Of a stretch of DNA of 11,940 nt, positions 1 to 7,406 are shown in pieces. The DNA is taken from IMG/VR virus record IMGVR_UViG_2703718835_000003, one strand, 5' to 3'. Position 1 is the stretch's first letter; each line of letters starts with the position of its first letter. The notes under the pieces were generated by a model. That model worked only from the letters and a program-made list of their open reading frames with translations. It made no database searches and was not told where the DNA came from. Origin of the DNA: a virus (lineage: Duplodnaviria > Heunggongvirae > Uroviricota > Caudoviricetes). A program made the position numbers and the translations under genes.

Positions 1-315
1 CGCAATGTTAATATTCGTTCTATTACAGATGGCGTTGACCTGAGCACTGCCAGTGGGCGCTATAACTTCCGTAATATTCTCTCTGCGGCACAATATGAGT
101 CTGATCTGAGTAGTGAACGCACTCTGGCAGGGTTAGCGGTTGCCCGCGCTAAGGGGAGGATTGGCGGACGTAAGCCTAAGTATACTGATGAGCACTGGGA
201 TGCGTTTGAACGGGAAATTAAGTCCGGCTGCTCACATCGTGATATAGCTCTCAAATATGGGGTCGGCCTGTCGACTCTCTACAAACGTTATCCGGCTCAG
301 CAAGAGCATCACTAA
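1..315 (+). CDS. DNA invertase (serine recombinase, Hin/Gin/Pin family), C-terminal portion; 5' end lies outside the window
   Basis: Frame-1 translation from position 1 reads ...SGRYNFRNILSAAQYESDLSSERTLAGLAVARAKGRIGGRKPKYTDEHWDAFEREIKSGCSHRDIALKYGVGLSTLYKRYPAQQEHH, stop TAA at 313-315. The ERTLAGLAxARAxGRxGGR motif and C-terminal HTH (GVGLSTLYKRY) match the Hin/Gin family as I recall it. Position next to tail genes fits a tail-fibre inversion system. Confidence 0.85.
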   Translation, partial: RNVNIRSITDGVDLSTASGRYNFRNILSAAQYESDLSSERTLAGLAVARAKGRIGGRKPKYTDEHWDAFEREIKSGCSHRDIALKYGVGLSTLYKRYPAQQEHH

Positions 316-332
316 ACACTCTTTGCGTTCAT

Positions 333-382
333 TTTTGCACTGTGCAGAATGTGTCTTTTTGGCACCTTCTGGCAGTGCAAAA
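333..382. repeat. Perfect 10-bp inverted repeat TTTTGCACTG (333-342) / CAGTGCAAAA (373-382) with 30-bp spacer; a third GTGCAAAA copy at 396-403
   Basis: Read directly from the sequence. Lies in the invertase-FI intergenic region upstream of the putative late promoter. Function unknown. Confidence 0.8.
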
Positions 383-411
383 TTTATCGCGTTTTGGTGC
401 AAAAAAAATCG

Positions 412-440
412 CCGCGCTACAATCTGCGGGGATTTTTTTT
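412..440 (+). terminator. Candidate weak intrinsic terminator after the invertase gene (short stem CCGC 412-415 / GCGG 426-429, then GGA + T8 at 433-440)
   Basis: Short GC stem followed by an 8-T run; preceded by an A8 run at 401-408. The stem is only 4 bp, so this is weak. Confidence 0.3.
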
Positions 441-451
441 GCCCCTTCCAT

Positions 452-469
452 TGTGCCATTCTCCACACA
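452..469 (+). promoter_or_regulatory. P2-type late promoter activator element TGT-N12-ACA (Ogr-dependent, P_F-like) upstream of FI
   Basis: TGT at 452-454, 12-nt spacer GCCATTCTCCAC, ACA at 467-469. Its centre is about 84 bp upstream of the FI ATG at 544. P2 late promoters carry this dyad centred near -55 (established knowledge). The -10 hexamer and transcription start are not confidently placed. Confidence 0.5.
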
Positions 470-543
470 TAGCCCGGTGCGTGCGCAGTGCGCATATCAA
501 CCAGAACATAGGCAGACACCCTGTAAACCGGAGAGACTGCCTT

Positions 544-1716
544 ATGGCTCAGGACTACCACCACGGCGTGCGCGTTGTTGAAATCAACGAGGGCACCCGA
601 TCCATTACCACGGTGAGCACCGCCATTGTGGGCATGGTATGCACCGGCGATGATGCTGATGCGTCCATGTTTCCACTCAATAAGCCGGTTCTGCTGACCG
701 ATGTGTTGACCGCCAGCGGTAAAGCGGGCGAGTCCGGCACGCTGGCCCGTTCGCTGGATGCGATTGCAGACCAGGCTAAACCCGTGACCGTCGTTGTACG
801 TGTGGCGCAGGGCGAAACCGAAGCGGAAACCACCTCCAACATTATCGGCGGCGTGACCGCTGACGGTAAAAAGACGGGCATGAAAGCGCTGCTTTCGGCG
901 CAGTCGCAGCTCGGCGTCAAGCCGCGCATTCTCGGCGTGCCGGGACACGACACGCAGGCGGTTGCCACTGAGCTGCTGAGCGTGGCGCAGAGCCTGCGCG
1001 GGTTTGCTTATCTGTCCGCCTATGGCTGCAAAACGGTGGAAGAAGCGATTGCCTACCGTGACAATTTCAGCCAGCGCGAGGGGATGCTGATCTGGCCTGA
1101 CTTCATCAACTTTGACACCGTGCTGAATGCAGATGCGACGGCTTACGCCTCCGCTCGTGCGCTCGGCCTGCGTGCCAAAATTGACGAGCAGACCGGCTGG
1201 CACAAAACCCTGTCCAACGTGGGCGTGAATGGTGTCACCGGCATTTCCGCTGATGTGTTCTGGGATCTGCAGGACCCGGCAACCGATGCGGGACTGTTGA
1301 ACCAGAACGACGTCACCACGCTTATCCGCAAAGACGGCTTCCGCTTCTGGGGTTCCCGCTGCCTCAGTGACGATCCGCTGTTTGCCTTTGAGAACTACAC
1401 CCGCACGGCGCAGGTGCTGGCTGACACCATCGCAGAAGCGCACATGTGGGCGGTGGATGGCGTGCTTAACCCATCGCTGGCCCGTGACATTATCGAAGGT
1501 ATCCGCGCCAAGCTGCGCAGCCTGAAAGCGCAGGGTTACATCATCGGCGCAGACTGCTGGCTGGATGAGTCGGTGAACGATAAAGACTCCCTGAAAGCCG
1601 GGAAGCTCACTATCGACTACGACTACACGCCGGTGCCGCCGCTTGAAAACCTGATGCTGCGCCAGCGCATCACCGATCAGTACCTGCTGGATTTCTCCAG
1701 CCAGGTCAGCGCGTAA
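544..1716 (+). CDS. FI: Contractile tail sheath protein (P2 gpFI homolog)
   Basis: The ORF from ATG 544 begins [40 protein letters not shown]..., closely matching the P2 FI N-terminus as I recall it (MSDYHHGVQVLEINEGTR...), and ends ...[23 protein letters not shown]. The upstream in-frame extension to 349 covers the promoter region and is rejected. GGAGAG Shine-Dalgarno at 530-535. Confidence 0.95.
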   Translation: MAQDYHHGVRVVEINEGTRSITTVSTAIVGMVCTGDDADASMFPLNKPVLLTDVLTASGKAGESGTLARSLDAIADQAKPVTVVVRVAQGETEAETTSNIIGGVTADGKKTGMKALLSAQSQLGVKPRILGVPGHDTQAVATELLSVAQSLRGFAYLSAYGCKTVEEAIAYRDNFSQREGMLIWPDFINFDTVLNADATAYASARALGLRAKIDEQTGWHKTLSNVGVNGVTGISADVFWDLQDPATDAGLLNQNDVTTLIRKDGFRFWGSRCLSDDPLFAFENYTRTAQVLADTIAEAHMWAVDGVLNPSLARDIIEGIRAKLRSLKAQGYIIGADCWLDESVNDKDSLKAGKLTIDYDYTPVPPLENLMLRQRITDQYLLDFSSQVSA

Positions 1717-1725
1717 GGGGACACC

Positions 1726-2241
1726 ATGGCTTTACCACGTAAGTTAAAACACCTGAACCTGTTCAACGACGGGAACAACTGGCAGGGGATCGTTGAGTCT
1801 CTGACCCTGCCGAAATTCACCCGCAAGTTTGAGAAGTATCGCGGCGGCGGTATGCCGGGCGCGGTGGACGTGGATATGGGGCTGGATGACGGCGCACTGG
1901 ACACGGAATTTTCAATCGGTGGCACTGAACTGCTGTTATTCAAGCAGATGGGCAAGGCCACCGTTGACGGCATCCAGCTGCGTTTCACCGGCTCCATTCA
2001 GCGTGACGATACCGGGGAAGTGCAGGCCGTTGAGCTGGTTGTGCGCGGGCGCCATAAAGAAGTGGATTCCGGCGAGTGGAAAACCGGCGAGAGCAGCAGC
2101 ACCAAAGTCAGCAGCACCAACAGCTACGCGAAGCTGACCATTAACGGTGAGGTGCTCTATGAGGTCGATCTGGTCAACATGGTTGAAATCGTTGACGGCG
2201 TGGACCTGATGGAAGAACACCGTAACGCCCTCGGCCTCTGA
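1726..2241 (+). CDS. FII: Tail tube protein (P2 gpFII homolog)
   Basis: 171-aa ORF immediately after FI with RBS AAGGGGA at 1715-1721; MALPRKLKHLNLFNDGNNWQGIVESLTLPKF... is typical of P2-family tube proteins. Confidence 0.95.
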   Translation: MALPRKLKHLNLFNDGNNWQGIVESLTLPKFTRKFEKYRGGGMPGAVDVDMGLDDGALDTEFSIGGTELLLFKQMGKATVDGIQLRFTGSIQRDDTGEVQAVELVVRGRHKEVDSGEWKTGESSSTKVSSTNSYAKLTINGEVLYEVDLVNMVEIVDGVDLMEEHRNALGL

Positions 2242-2252
2242 TTAACCTTAAC

Positions 2253-2270
2253 GGCGCGGGAAGCCGCGCC
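2253..2270 (+). other. Intercistronic GC-rich stem-loop between FII and E (GGCGCGG / GAAG loop / CCGCGCC)
   Basis: Perfect 7-bp GC stem with a 4-nt loop, followed by AGTATTTCATT (weak U tract). Possible attenuator or mRNA-stabilising hairpin inside the tail operon. Confidence 0.4.
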
Positions 2271-2295
2271 AGTATTTCATTAACAGGAAACGAAC

Positions 2296-2598
2296 ATGAG
2301 CGACAAGCTGACTGAAAAGACCGTAAAACTAGATACCACCATCATGCGCGGTAAAACTGAAATTACCGAAATTGTGCTGCGTAAGCCGCAGTCCGGCGCA
2401 CTGCGTGGCACCCGTCTGCAGGCCATTATGGATATGGACGTGGGCGCGATGATGACTGTGATCCCGCGAATCTCCTCCCCGACGCTGACTGCGCAGGAAA
2501 TGGCAGAGCTGGACCCCGCCGATCTGACAGCAATGGCTGTAGAGGTGGTTACTTTTTTGTTGCCGAAGTCGGTGCTTGCCGATTTGCCGACAACCTGA
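2296..2598 (+). CDS. E: Tail assembly chaperone gpE (zero-frame product)
   Basis: 100-aa ORF MSDKLTEKTVKLDTTIMRGK... with RBS AGGAAA at 2284-2289. Position between FII and T and the internal slippery site match P2 gene E. Confidence 0.9.
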   Translation: MSDKLTEKTVKLDTTIMRGKTEITEIVLRKPQSGALRGTRLQAIMDMDVGAMMTVIPRISSPTLTAQEMAELDPADLTAMAVEVVTFLLPKSVLADLPTT

Positions 2599-2732
2599 CG
2601 GTTGATGATCTGGTGGCAGATATTGCCACCATCTTTCACTGGTCGCCGTCCATCACTGACGTTATGCCGCTGACTGATGTGCTGGAGTGGCGGCATAAGG
2701 CAATTCAGAGAAGCGGGGCCAGCGATGAGTGA
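2296..2732 (+). CDS. gpE+E' fusion produced by -1 frameshift at 2553-2559 (tail assembly chaperone, long form)
   Basis: After the slip the -1 frame reads VAEVGACRFADNLTVDDLVADIATIFHWSPSITDVMPLTDVLEWRHKAIQRSGASDE, stop TGA at 2730-2732, overlapping the T start codon. This arrangement is conserved in P2 and in the lambda G/GT analogues (established knowledge). Confidence 0.7.
2553..2559 (+). other. Slippery heptamer T_TTT_TTG for programmed -1 ribosomal frameshift in E
   Basis: In the E frame the codons are ACT TTT TTG (2551-2559); a run of six T then G gives the X_XXY_YYZ pattern. The -1 frame is open from here to 2732. Confidence 0.7.
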
Positions 2733-5502
2733 TAATAACCTGCGACTGCAGGTAGTTCTGGGGGCGGTGGATAAGTTAACCCGCCCATTTAAAAATGCAC
2801 AGGCTGGCTCTAAGGAGCTGGCATCAGCTATTCGACAAACCCGCGATCAGATTAAAAAGCTGAGTGATGCTGGAGGTCAGCTTAAATCTTTCGATCAGCT
2901 AACTCAAAGTGTTAGCCGTACTGGTGCCGAACTGGATCAGGCGAGGCTACGCGCTCAAATGATGACGCGCGAAATGTCTTCTTTGGAATCCCCGACAAAA
3001 AAACAAACGCAGGCGCTTGAAGCTCAGTGGCGTGCTGTTTCACGTCTTGAACAAAAACAGCAACAGGAAACTCGCCAGATGGCGGCAGCCAGGGCTGAGC
3101 TTTATCGGCTGGGGTTATCTGCTGGGGGCGGAGCGCGTGAGACGGCACGGATTGCACAAGAAACTGAGCGGTATAACCGACAGTTGGCTGAGCAGGAGCG
3201 CAGGCTGCGTGAAGTTGGCGAGCGTCAGCGAAAGCTCAACGCCATCAAAGCCAAGGCTGAAAAGACCCGCGAGTTAAGGAACTCTCTGGCAGGTAATGGT
3301 GCAGGGGCGATGGCGGCTGGGGTAACTACTGGCATGACGTTGCTGGCTCCAGTAAAAGCCTATTCAGAATCAGAAAATGCAGCGAATCAGCTCGCCGGTT
3401 CAATGATGGGGCCGGGCGGAAAGGTAGCGCCTGAATTTGAAAAAATTAACCGGCTTGCAGTTGCTTTGGGCGATAAGCTGCCGGGAACAACAGCCGACTT
3501 TCAGAACATGATGACTATGCTACGCCGTCAGGGTATGTCGGCGCAGGTCATCCTGGGCGGCTTGGGAGAGTCAGCAGCTTATCTTGGCGTGCAGTTACAG
3601 ATGGCTCCCACTGCAGCAGCTGAGTTTGCGGCTAAGTTACAAGATGCTACCCAGACCTCCGAAAAAGACATGATGAATCTGATGGACGTGATCCAGAAAG
3701 GATTCTACGCAGGGGTAGATTCAGGAAATATGCTGCAGGGGTTCTCAAAAATCAGCAGTGCGATGGATATTATTCATAAAAAGGGATTGGACGCGGCTAA
3801 GACATTTGCTCCTCTATTAGTTATGGCTGATCAGGCTGGTATGGCTGGAGAGTCAGCTGGTAATGCCTACCGAAAAGTATTTCAGTCCGTCATGAATACG
3901 GAAAAAGTGAAGGATGCTAATGATGAACTAAAAGGCACCGGTGTTAAGTTCGATTTTACGGATGGCAAGGGGGAGTTTGGCGGGCTGGAGAAAATGTACA
4001 CGCAGTTAGCTCAACTCCAAAAGCTTAATACTGAGAAAAGGTTAGCTACTCTAAAAGGTATTTTTGGGGATGATGCGGAAACGCTGCAGGTGCTAAATAT
4101 TATGATTACCAAAGGCATCTCAGGGTATCGAGAAACGGCTTCAAAGCTACAAAATCAGGCTTCTCTGCGCGAGCGTGTTGATGCCTCCTTGAATACTCTT
4201 GGTAATAAATGGGAAGCCGCTACAGGTTCCTTTACCAATGCTATGGCTAGTATCGGTGAAACAGTCGCCCCTGCATTAAAGAAGCTGGCTGACTGGTTGG
4301 GTGAACTGGCTTCGCGTCTGGATGGTTTTGTTAAACGACACCCACAATTGACCTCTGCGCTGTTTAAGCTGGCAGCTGGCTTTGCGATTGTTGCTACCGC
4401 CGCTGGGGTTGTTTCACTGGCGCTGGCGTCCGTGTTAGGACCGATGGCAGTAGTGCGAATGAGCGCAGGGGTGATGGGGCTAAAATTTTCATCTGCATTT
4501 GGTCTTATTGGGAAAGCAATCAGTTCTGTTGGCAAGTCAGTTATATGGCTGGGCCGATTGATGTTTGCAAATCCTATACTGGCTGTCATTGGGTTGATCG
4601 CCGCTGGTGCTATTTATATCTGGCAGAATTGGGACACGCTTGGGCCAAAGTTCAAGGCCATGTGGGATGCCGTATGTAATGCCACAGGTACGGCATGGGA
4701 TTGGATTAAAGAAAAGGCCAGCGCCGCATGGGAGGGGATTAAATCACTGTTCTTTAATTATACCTTGCCGGGATTAATAGCTAAAAATTGGGATGCAATA
4801 AAATCTGGCGTTTCTGAGGCGTGGGCTAATATCAGGCAATCTATTAGTGATAAATGGAATTCGATCTTGGCTGATGTTGCCGCGCTTCCTGCGAAGTTTC
4901 AGGACATGGGCAGCGCCATTATTGACAGTATTCTTAATGGAATTAATGCCAAATGGGAGACACTAAAAAGCAAGCTTTCCTCAGTCACCGATTATCTGCC
5001 TGACTGGATGACCGGAAATAATAAAACACAAGGCAAAGCACAGGTGCAGGTGGTTGGTGGAGCAGCGGCTGCTGCGGTTCCGTTTGCTGGCATGTATGAC
5101 AGCGGTGGCACGATCCCGCGTGGTCAGTTTGGCATCGTTGGGGAGAACGGCCCCGAAATAGTGAACGGTCCCGCAAATGTGACCAGCAGACGGCGCACTG
5201 CTGCGCTGGCTTCCGTCGTTGCAGGCGTTATGGGCGTAGCGGCAGCGCCTGCAGAGGCTGCTCCACTACATCCTTACAGTCTGCCTACTGTGGCATATAA
5301 ACAAAGCCAGCCAGCGAAATCAGCCAGCGCGCCGCCTGTGATGCACTTTGAAACTCACGCGCCGATCACTATCTATGCTCAGCCAGGGCAAAGTGCGCAG
5401 GATATTGCCCGTGAAGTGGCGCGGCAGCTCGACGAGCGTGAACGCAGGGCCAGGGCTAAAGCACGCAGTAATTTCAGCGATCAAGGGGGATATGAATCAT
5501 GA
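2725..5502 (+). CDS. T: Tail tape measure protein (P2 gpT homolog)
   Basis: Long ORF with a coiled-coil-like, Q/E/R/A-rich N-terminal region, central hydrophobic segments (LAAGFAIVATAAGVVSLALASVLGPMAVV; ILAVIGLIAAGAIYIW) and an Ala/Gly-rich C-terminus. Start chosen at ATG 2725 (MSDNNLRLQVV...), which overlaps the E' stop; the ORF-track start at 2677 is an alternative. Confidence 0.9.
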   Translation: MSDNNLRLQVVLGAVDKLTRPFKNAQAGSKELASAIRQTRDQIKKLSDAGGQLKSFDQLTQSVSRTGAELDQARLRAQMMTREMSSLESPTKKQTQALEAQWRAVSRLEQKQQQETRQMAAARAELYRLGLSAGGGARETARIAQETERYNRQLAEQERRLREVGERQRKLNAIKAKAEKTRELRNSLAGNGAGAMAAGVTTGMTLLAPVKAYSESENAANQLAGSMMGPGGKVAPEFEKINRLAVALGDKLPGTTADFQNMMTMLRRQGMSAQVILGGLGESAAYLGVQLQMAPTAAAEFAAKLQDATQTSEKDMMNLMDVIQKGFYAGVDSGNMLQGFSKISSAMDIIHKKGLDAAKTFAPLLVMADQAGMAGESAGNAYRKVFQSVMNTEKVKDANDELKGTGVKFDFTDGKGEFGGLEKMYTQLAQLQKLNTEKRLATLKGIFGDDAETLQVLNIMITKGISGYRETASKLQNQASLRERVDASLNTLGNKWEAATGSFTNAMASIGETVAPALKKLADWLGELASRLDGFVKRHPQLTSALFKLAAGFAIVATAAGVVSLALASVLGPMAVVRMSAGVMGLKFSSAFGLIGKAISSVGKSVIWLGRLMFANPILAVIGLIAAGAIYIWQNWDTLGPKFKAMWDAVCNATGTAWDWIKEKASAAWEGIKSLFFNYTLPGLIAKNWDAIKSGVSEAWANIRQSISDKWNSILADVAALPAKFQDMGSAIIDSILNGINAKWETLKSKLSSVTDYLPDWMTGNNKTQGKAQVQVVGGAAAAAVPFAGMYDSGGTIPRGQFGIVGENGPEIVNGPANVTSRRRTAALASVVAGVMGVAAAPAEAAPLHPYSLPTVAYKQSQPAKSASAPPVMHFETHAPITIYAQPGQSAQDIAREVARQLDERERRARAKARSNFSDQGGYES

Positions 5503-5984
5503 TGATGGTGCTGGGGTTATATGTCTTCATGTTGCGTACAGTGCCATATCAGGAGCTGCAGTATCAGCGCAGCTGGCGACACGCTGCGAACAACCGGGTG
5601 AACCGTCGTCCGTCAACGCAGTTCCTTGGGCCGGATAATGACTCGCTCACGTTATCTGGCGTACTGCTGCCGGAAGTCACCGGCGGCAGGCTGTCATTGC
5701 TGGCGCTGGAGTTGATGGCGGAGCAGGGAAAAGCCTGGCCTCTGATTGAAGGAAGTGGAACCATTTACGGTATGTTTGTGATTGAAAGTCTGAGCCAGAC
5801 CAAAACGGAGTTTTTTGCAAGCGGCATGCCTCGACGCATTGAGTTTACGATTACCCTCAAACGGGTTGATGAGTCGCTGTCTGACTTGTTCGGGAGCCTG
5901 AGTGACCAGCTGAGCAACCTGCAGGATTCTGCAGCCTCTGCAGTTGGGGGAATTAAAAACACAGTTGGAGGGTTGCTGCAGTGA
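5499..5984 (+). CDS. U: Tail protein gpU homolog
   Basis: 161-aa ORF whose ATG (5499-5501) overlaps the T stop codon (ATGA), indicating translational coupling; the position matches P2 gene U. Confidence 0.9.
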   Translation: MMMVLGLYVFMLRTVPYQELQYQRSWRHAANNRVNRRPSTQFLGPDNDSLTLSGVLLPEVTGGRLSLLALELMAEQGKAWPLIEGSGTIYGMFVIESLSQTKTEFFASGMPRRIEFTITLKRVDESLSDLFGSLSDQLSNLQDSAASAVGGIKNTVGGLLQ

Positions 5985-7081
5985 ATTTTAATTCTGATCT
6001 CCTGAACCTTAACAGCAAAAGCCCGGCTTTCAGTATCACCATTGAAGGTAAGGACGTGACTGCCGCGCTGGATGCGCGTCTGATGAGTCTGACGCTCACC
6101 GATAACCGGGGTTTTGAAGCGGACCAGCTTGATCTGGAGCTGGACGACGCCGACGGGCAGATCGTTCTGCCGCGACGTGGTGCCGTTATTCAGCTGGCGC
6201 TGGGATGGAAGGGCCAGCCGCTTTTCCCAAAAGGGGCCTTTACCGTGGATGAGATTGAGCACAGCGGTGCTCCTGATCGTCTGACTATCCGTGCCCGTAG
6301 CGCTGATTTCCGTGAAACCCTCAATACCCGGCGCGAAAAGTCATGGCACAAGACAACCGTTGGCGATGTGGTAAAGGAAATCGCCGCGCGTCATAACCTC
6401 AAAATGGCGCTGGGTAAAGACCTGACGGACAAAGCGCTGGATCACATGGACCAGACAAATGAAAGCGATGCCAGTTTCCTGATGAAGCTGGCGCGCCAGT
6501 ACGGCGCGATTGCTTCCGTTAAGGATGGAAACCTGTTGTTTATCAGGCAGGGGCAGGGAAAAACGGCGAGCGGTAAGCCGCTGCCGGTAATCACCATTGA
6601 GCGTAAGGCTGGTGACGGTCATCGTTTTACCCTGGCTGATCGTGGTGCCTATACCGGCGTTATTGCCAGCTGGCTGCATACCCGTGAACCAAAGAAAAAA
6701 GAAACAACCAGAGTTAAGCGCCGTCGGAAGAAAACCACCACACCCAAAGAGCCGGAAGCAAAACAGGGTGATTATCTGGTAGGAACGGATGAAAATGTGC
6801 TGGTTCTTAACCGCACTTACGCAAATCGCAGCAATGCTGAGCGTGCGGCAAAAATGCAATGGGAGCGTCTGCAGCGTGGTGTTGCGTCATTCTCCCTGCA
6901 GCTCGCAGAGGGCCGGGCAGATCTCTACACCGAAATGCCAGTAAAGGTAAGCGGCTTTAAGTTGCCTATCGACGATGCCGAATGGACCATTACAACTTTG
7001 ACGCATACGGTCAGCCCGGATAATGGTTTCACTACCAGCTTGGAGCTAGAAGTAAAGATTGATGATATAGAAATAGAATAA
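5981..7081 (+). CDS. D: Late tail protein gpD homolog
   Basis: 366-aa ORF with GTG start overlapping the U stop (GTGA at 5981-5984). Position directly before ogr matches P2 gene D; contains a basic linker KKKETTRVKRRRKKTTTPKEPEAK. Confidence 0.9.
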   Translation: MNFNSDLLNLNSKSPAFSITIEGKDVTAALDARLMSLTLTDNRGFEADQLDLELDDADGQIVLPRRGAVIQLALGWKGQPLFPKGAFTVDEIEHSGAPDRLTIRARSADFRETLNTRREKSWHKTTVGDVVKEIAARHNLKMALGKDLTDKALDHMDQTNESDASFLMKLARQYGAIASVKDGNLLFIRQGQGKTASGKPLPVITIERKAGDGHRFTLADRGAYTGVIASWLHTREPKKKETTRVKRRRKKTTTPKEPEAKQGDYLVGTDENVLVLNRTYANRSNAERAAKMQWERLQRGVASFSLQLAEGRADLYTEMPVKVSGFKLPIDDAEWTITTLTHTVSPDNGFTTSLELEVKIDDIEIE

Positions 7082-7082
7082 A

Positions 7083-7127
7083 TGGGTTCTCAATATTGAT
7101 TCTTTGTGTATCATTATTGAGAACCCA
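7083..7127. repeat. Perfect 13-bp inverted repeat TGGGTTCTCAATA (7083-7095) / TATTGAGAACCCA (7115-7127), 19-bp spacer, between D and ogr
   Basis: Read directly from the sequence. Starts 2 bp after the D stop codon and ends 22 bp before the ogr start codon. No U tract follows. Candidate operator or RNA hairpin. Confidence 0.8.
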
Positions 7128-7148
7128 ATGGCGGCGGAGAAACCCAAG

Positions 7149-7367
7149 ATGATGAATTGTCCAAAGTGTGGGCACTCAGCGCACACTAGGAGCAGCTTTC
7201 AGGTCACTGATAGCACAAAAGAACGTTACTGCCAGTGTCAGAATATCAATTGCGGTAGCACCTTTGTCACTCATGAAACAGTAGTGCGGTTTATCGTTAC
7301 GCCAGCCATAGTAAATAACGCTCCTCCTCATCCAGCAGCAGGCGGACAAGGGCACATGAATTTTTGA
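7149..7367 (+). CDS. ogr: Ogr-type zinc-finger late transcription activator
   Basis: 72-aa product MMNCPKCGHSAHTRSSFQVTDSTKERYCQCQNINC... with C-x2-C-x22-C-x4-C spacing (Cys 4, 7, 30, 35), matching P2 Ogr. RBS GGAGAAA at 7135-7141. The ORF-track start at 7104 lacks a comparable RBS and would add 15 residues. Confidence 0.9.
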   Translation: MMNCPKCGHSAHTRSSFQVTDSTKERYCQCQNINCGSTFVTHETVVRFIVTPAIVNNAPPHPAAGGQGHMNF

Positions 7368-7380
7368 AGAGTCTTTATCG

Positions 7381-7399
7381 CCATTTGGCTTACAAATGG
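7381..7399. terminator. Candidate hairpin between convergent ogr and cargo gene (CCATTTG / GCTTA loop / CAAATGG)
   Basis: Perfect 7-bp AT-rich stem between the 3' ends of two convergent genes; no clear U tract on either strand, so terminator function is uncertain. Confidence 0.3.
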
Positions 7400-7406
7400 A
7401 GTGTCA

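Noticed and set aside
515-540. gix/hix-like inversion half-site (CCTGTAAACCGGAG resembles the gix left half CCTGTAAACCGAGG)
   Set aside because: Only one half-site matches and the other half (GAGACTGCC) does not. It overlaps the FI ribosome-binding site and lies on the wrong side of the invertase gene for a crossover site. Probably coincidence or a relic.
349-543. N-terminal extension of the FI ORF back to ATG 349
   Set aside because: The extension covers the intergenic repeats and the late promoter element, and the translated extension is Cys/Arg-rich nonsense. The P2 FI N-terminus aligns with the ATG at 544, which has a GGAGAG RBS.
232-1443. 403-aa ORF on the minus strand (and the nested 555..968 minus-strand ORF)
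   Set aside because: Entirely antisense to the well-supported FI sheath gene and the invertase 3' end. Long antisense ORFs are common in GC-rich coding DNA; there is no RBS and the product is Arg/Gly/Ala-rich low-complexity.
2677-2724. Alternative upstream start for T (MCWSGGIRQF...)
   Set aside because: It would overlap most of the E' extension and lacks an RBS. ATG 2725 gives the typical overlap with the E' stop and a plausible tape-measure N-terminus, though this choice is not certain.
2912-6859. Several 60-170-aa minus-strand ORFs inside T, U and D (2912..3157, 4155..4589, 4985..5176, 5564..5764, 5765..6262, 6341..6859)
   Set aside because: All are antisense to, and embedded in, long well-supported tail genes; none has an RBS or recognisable domain.
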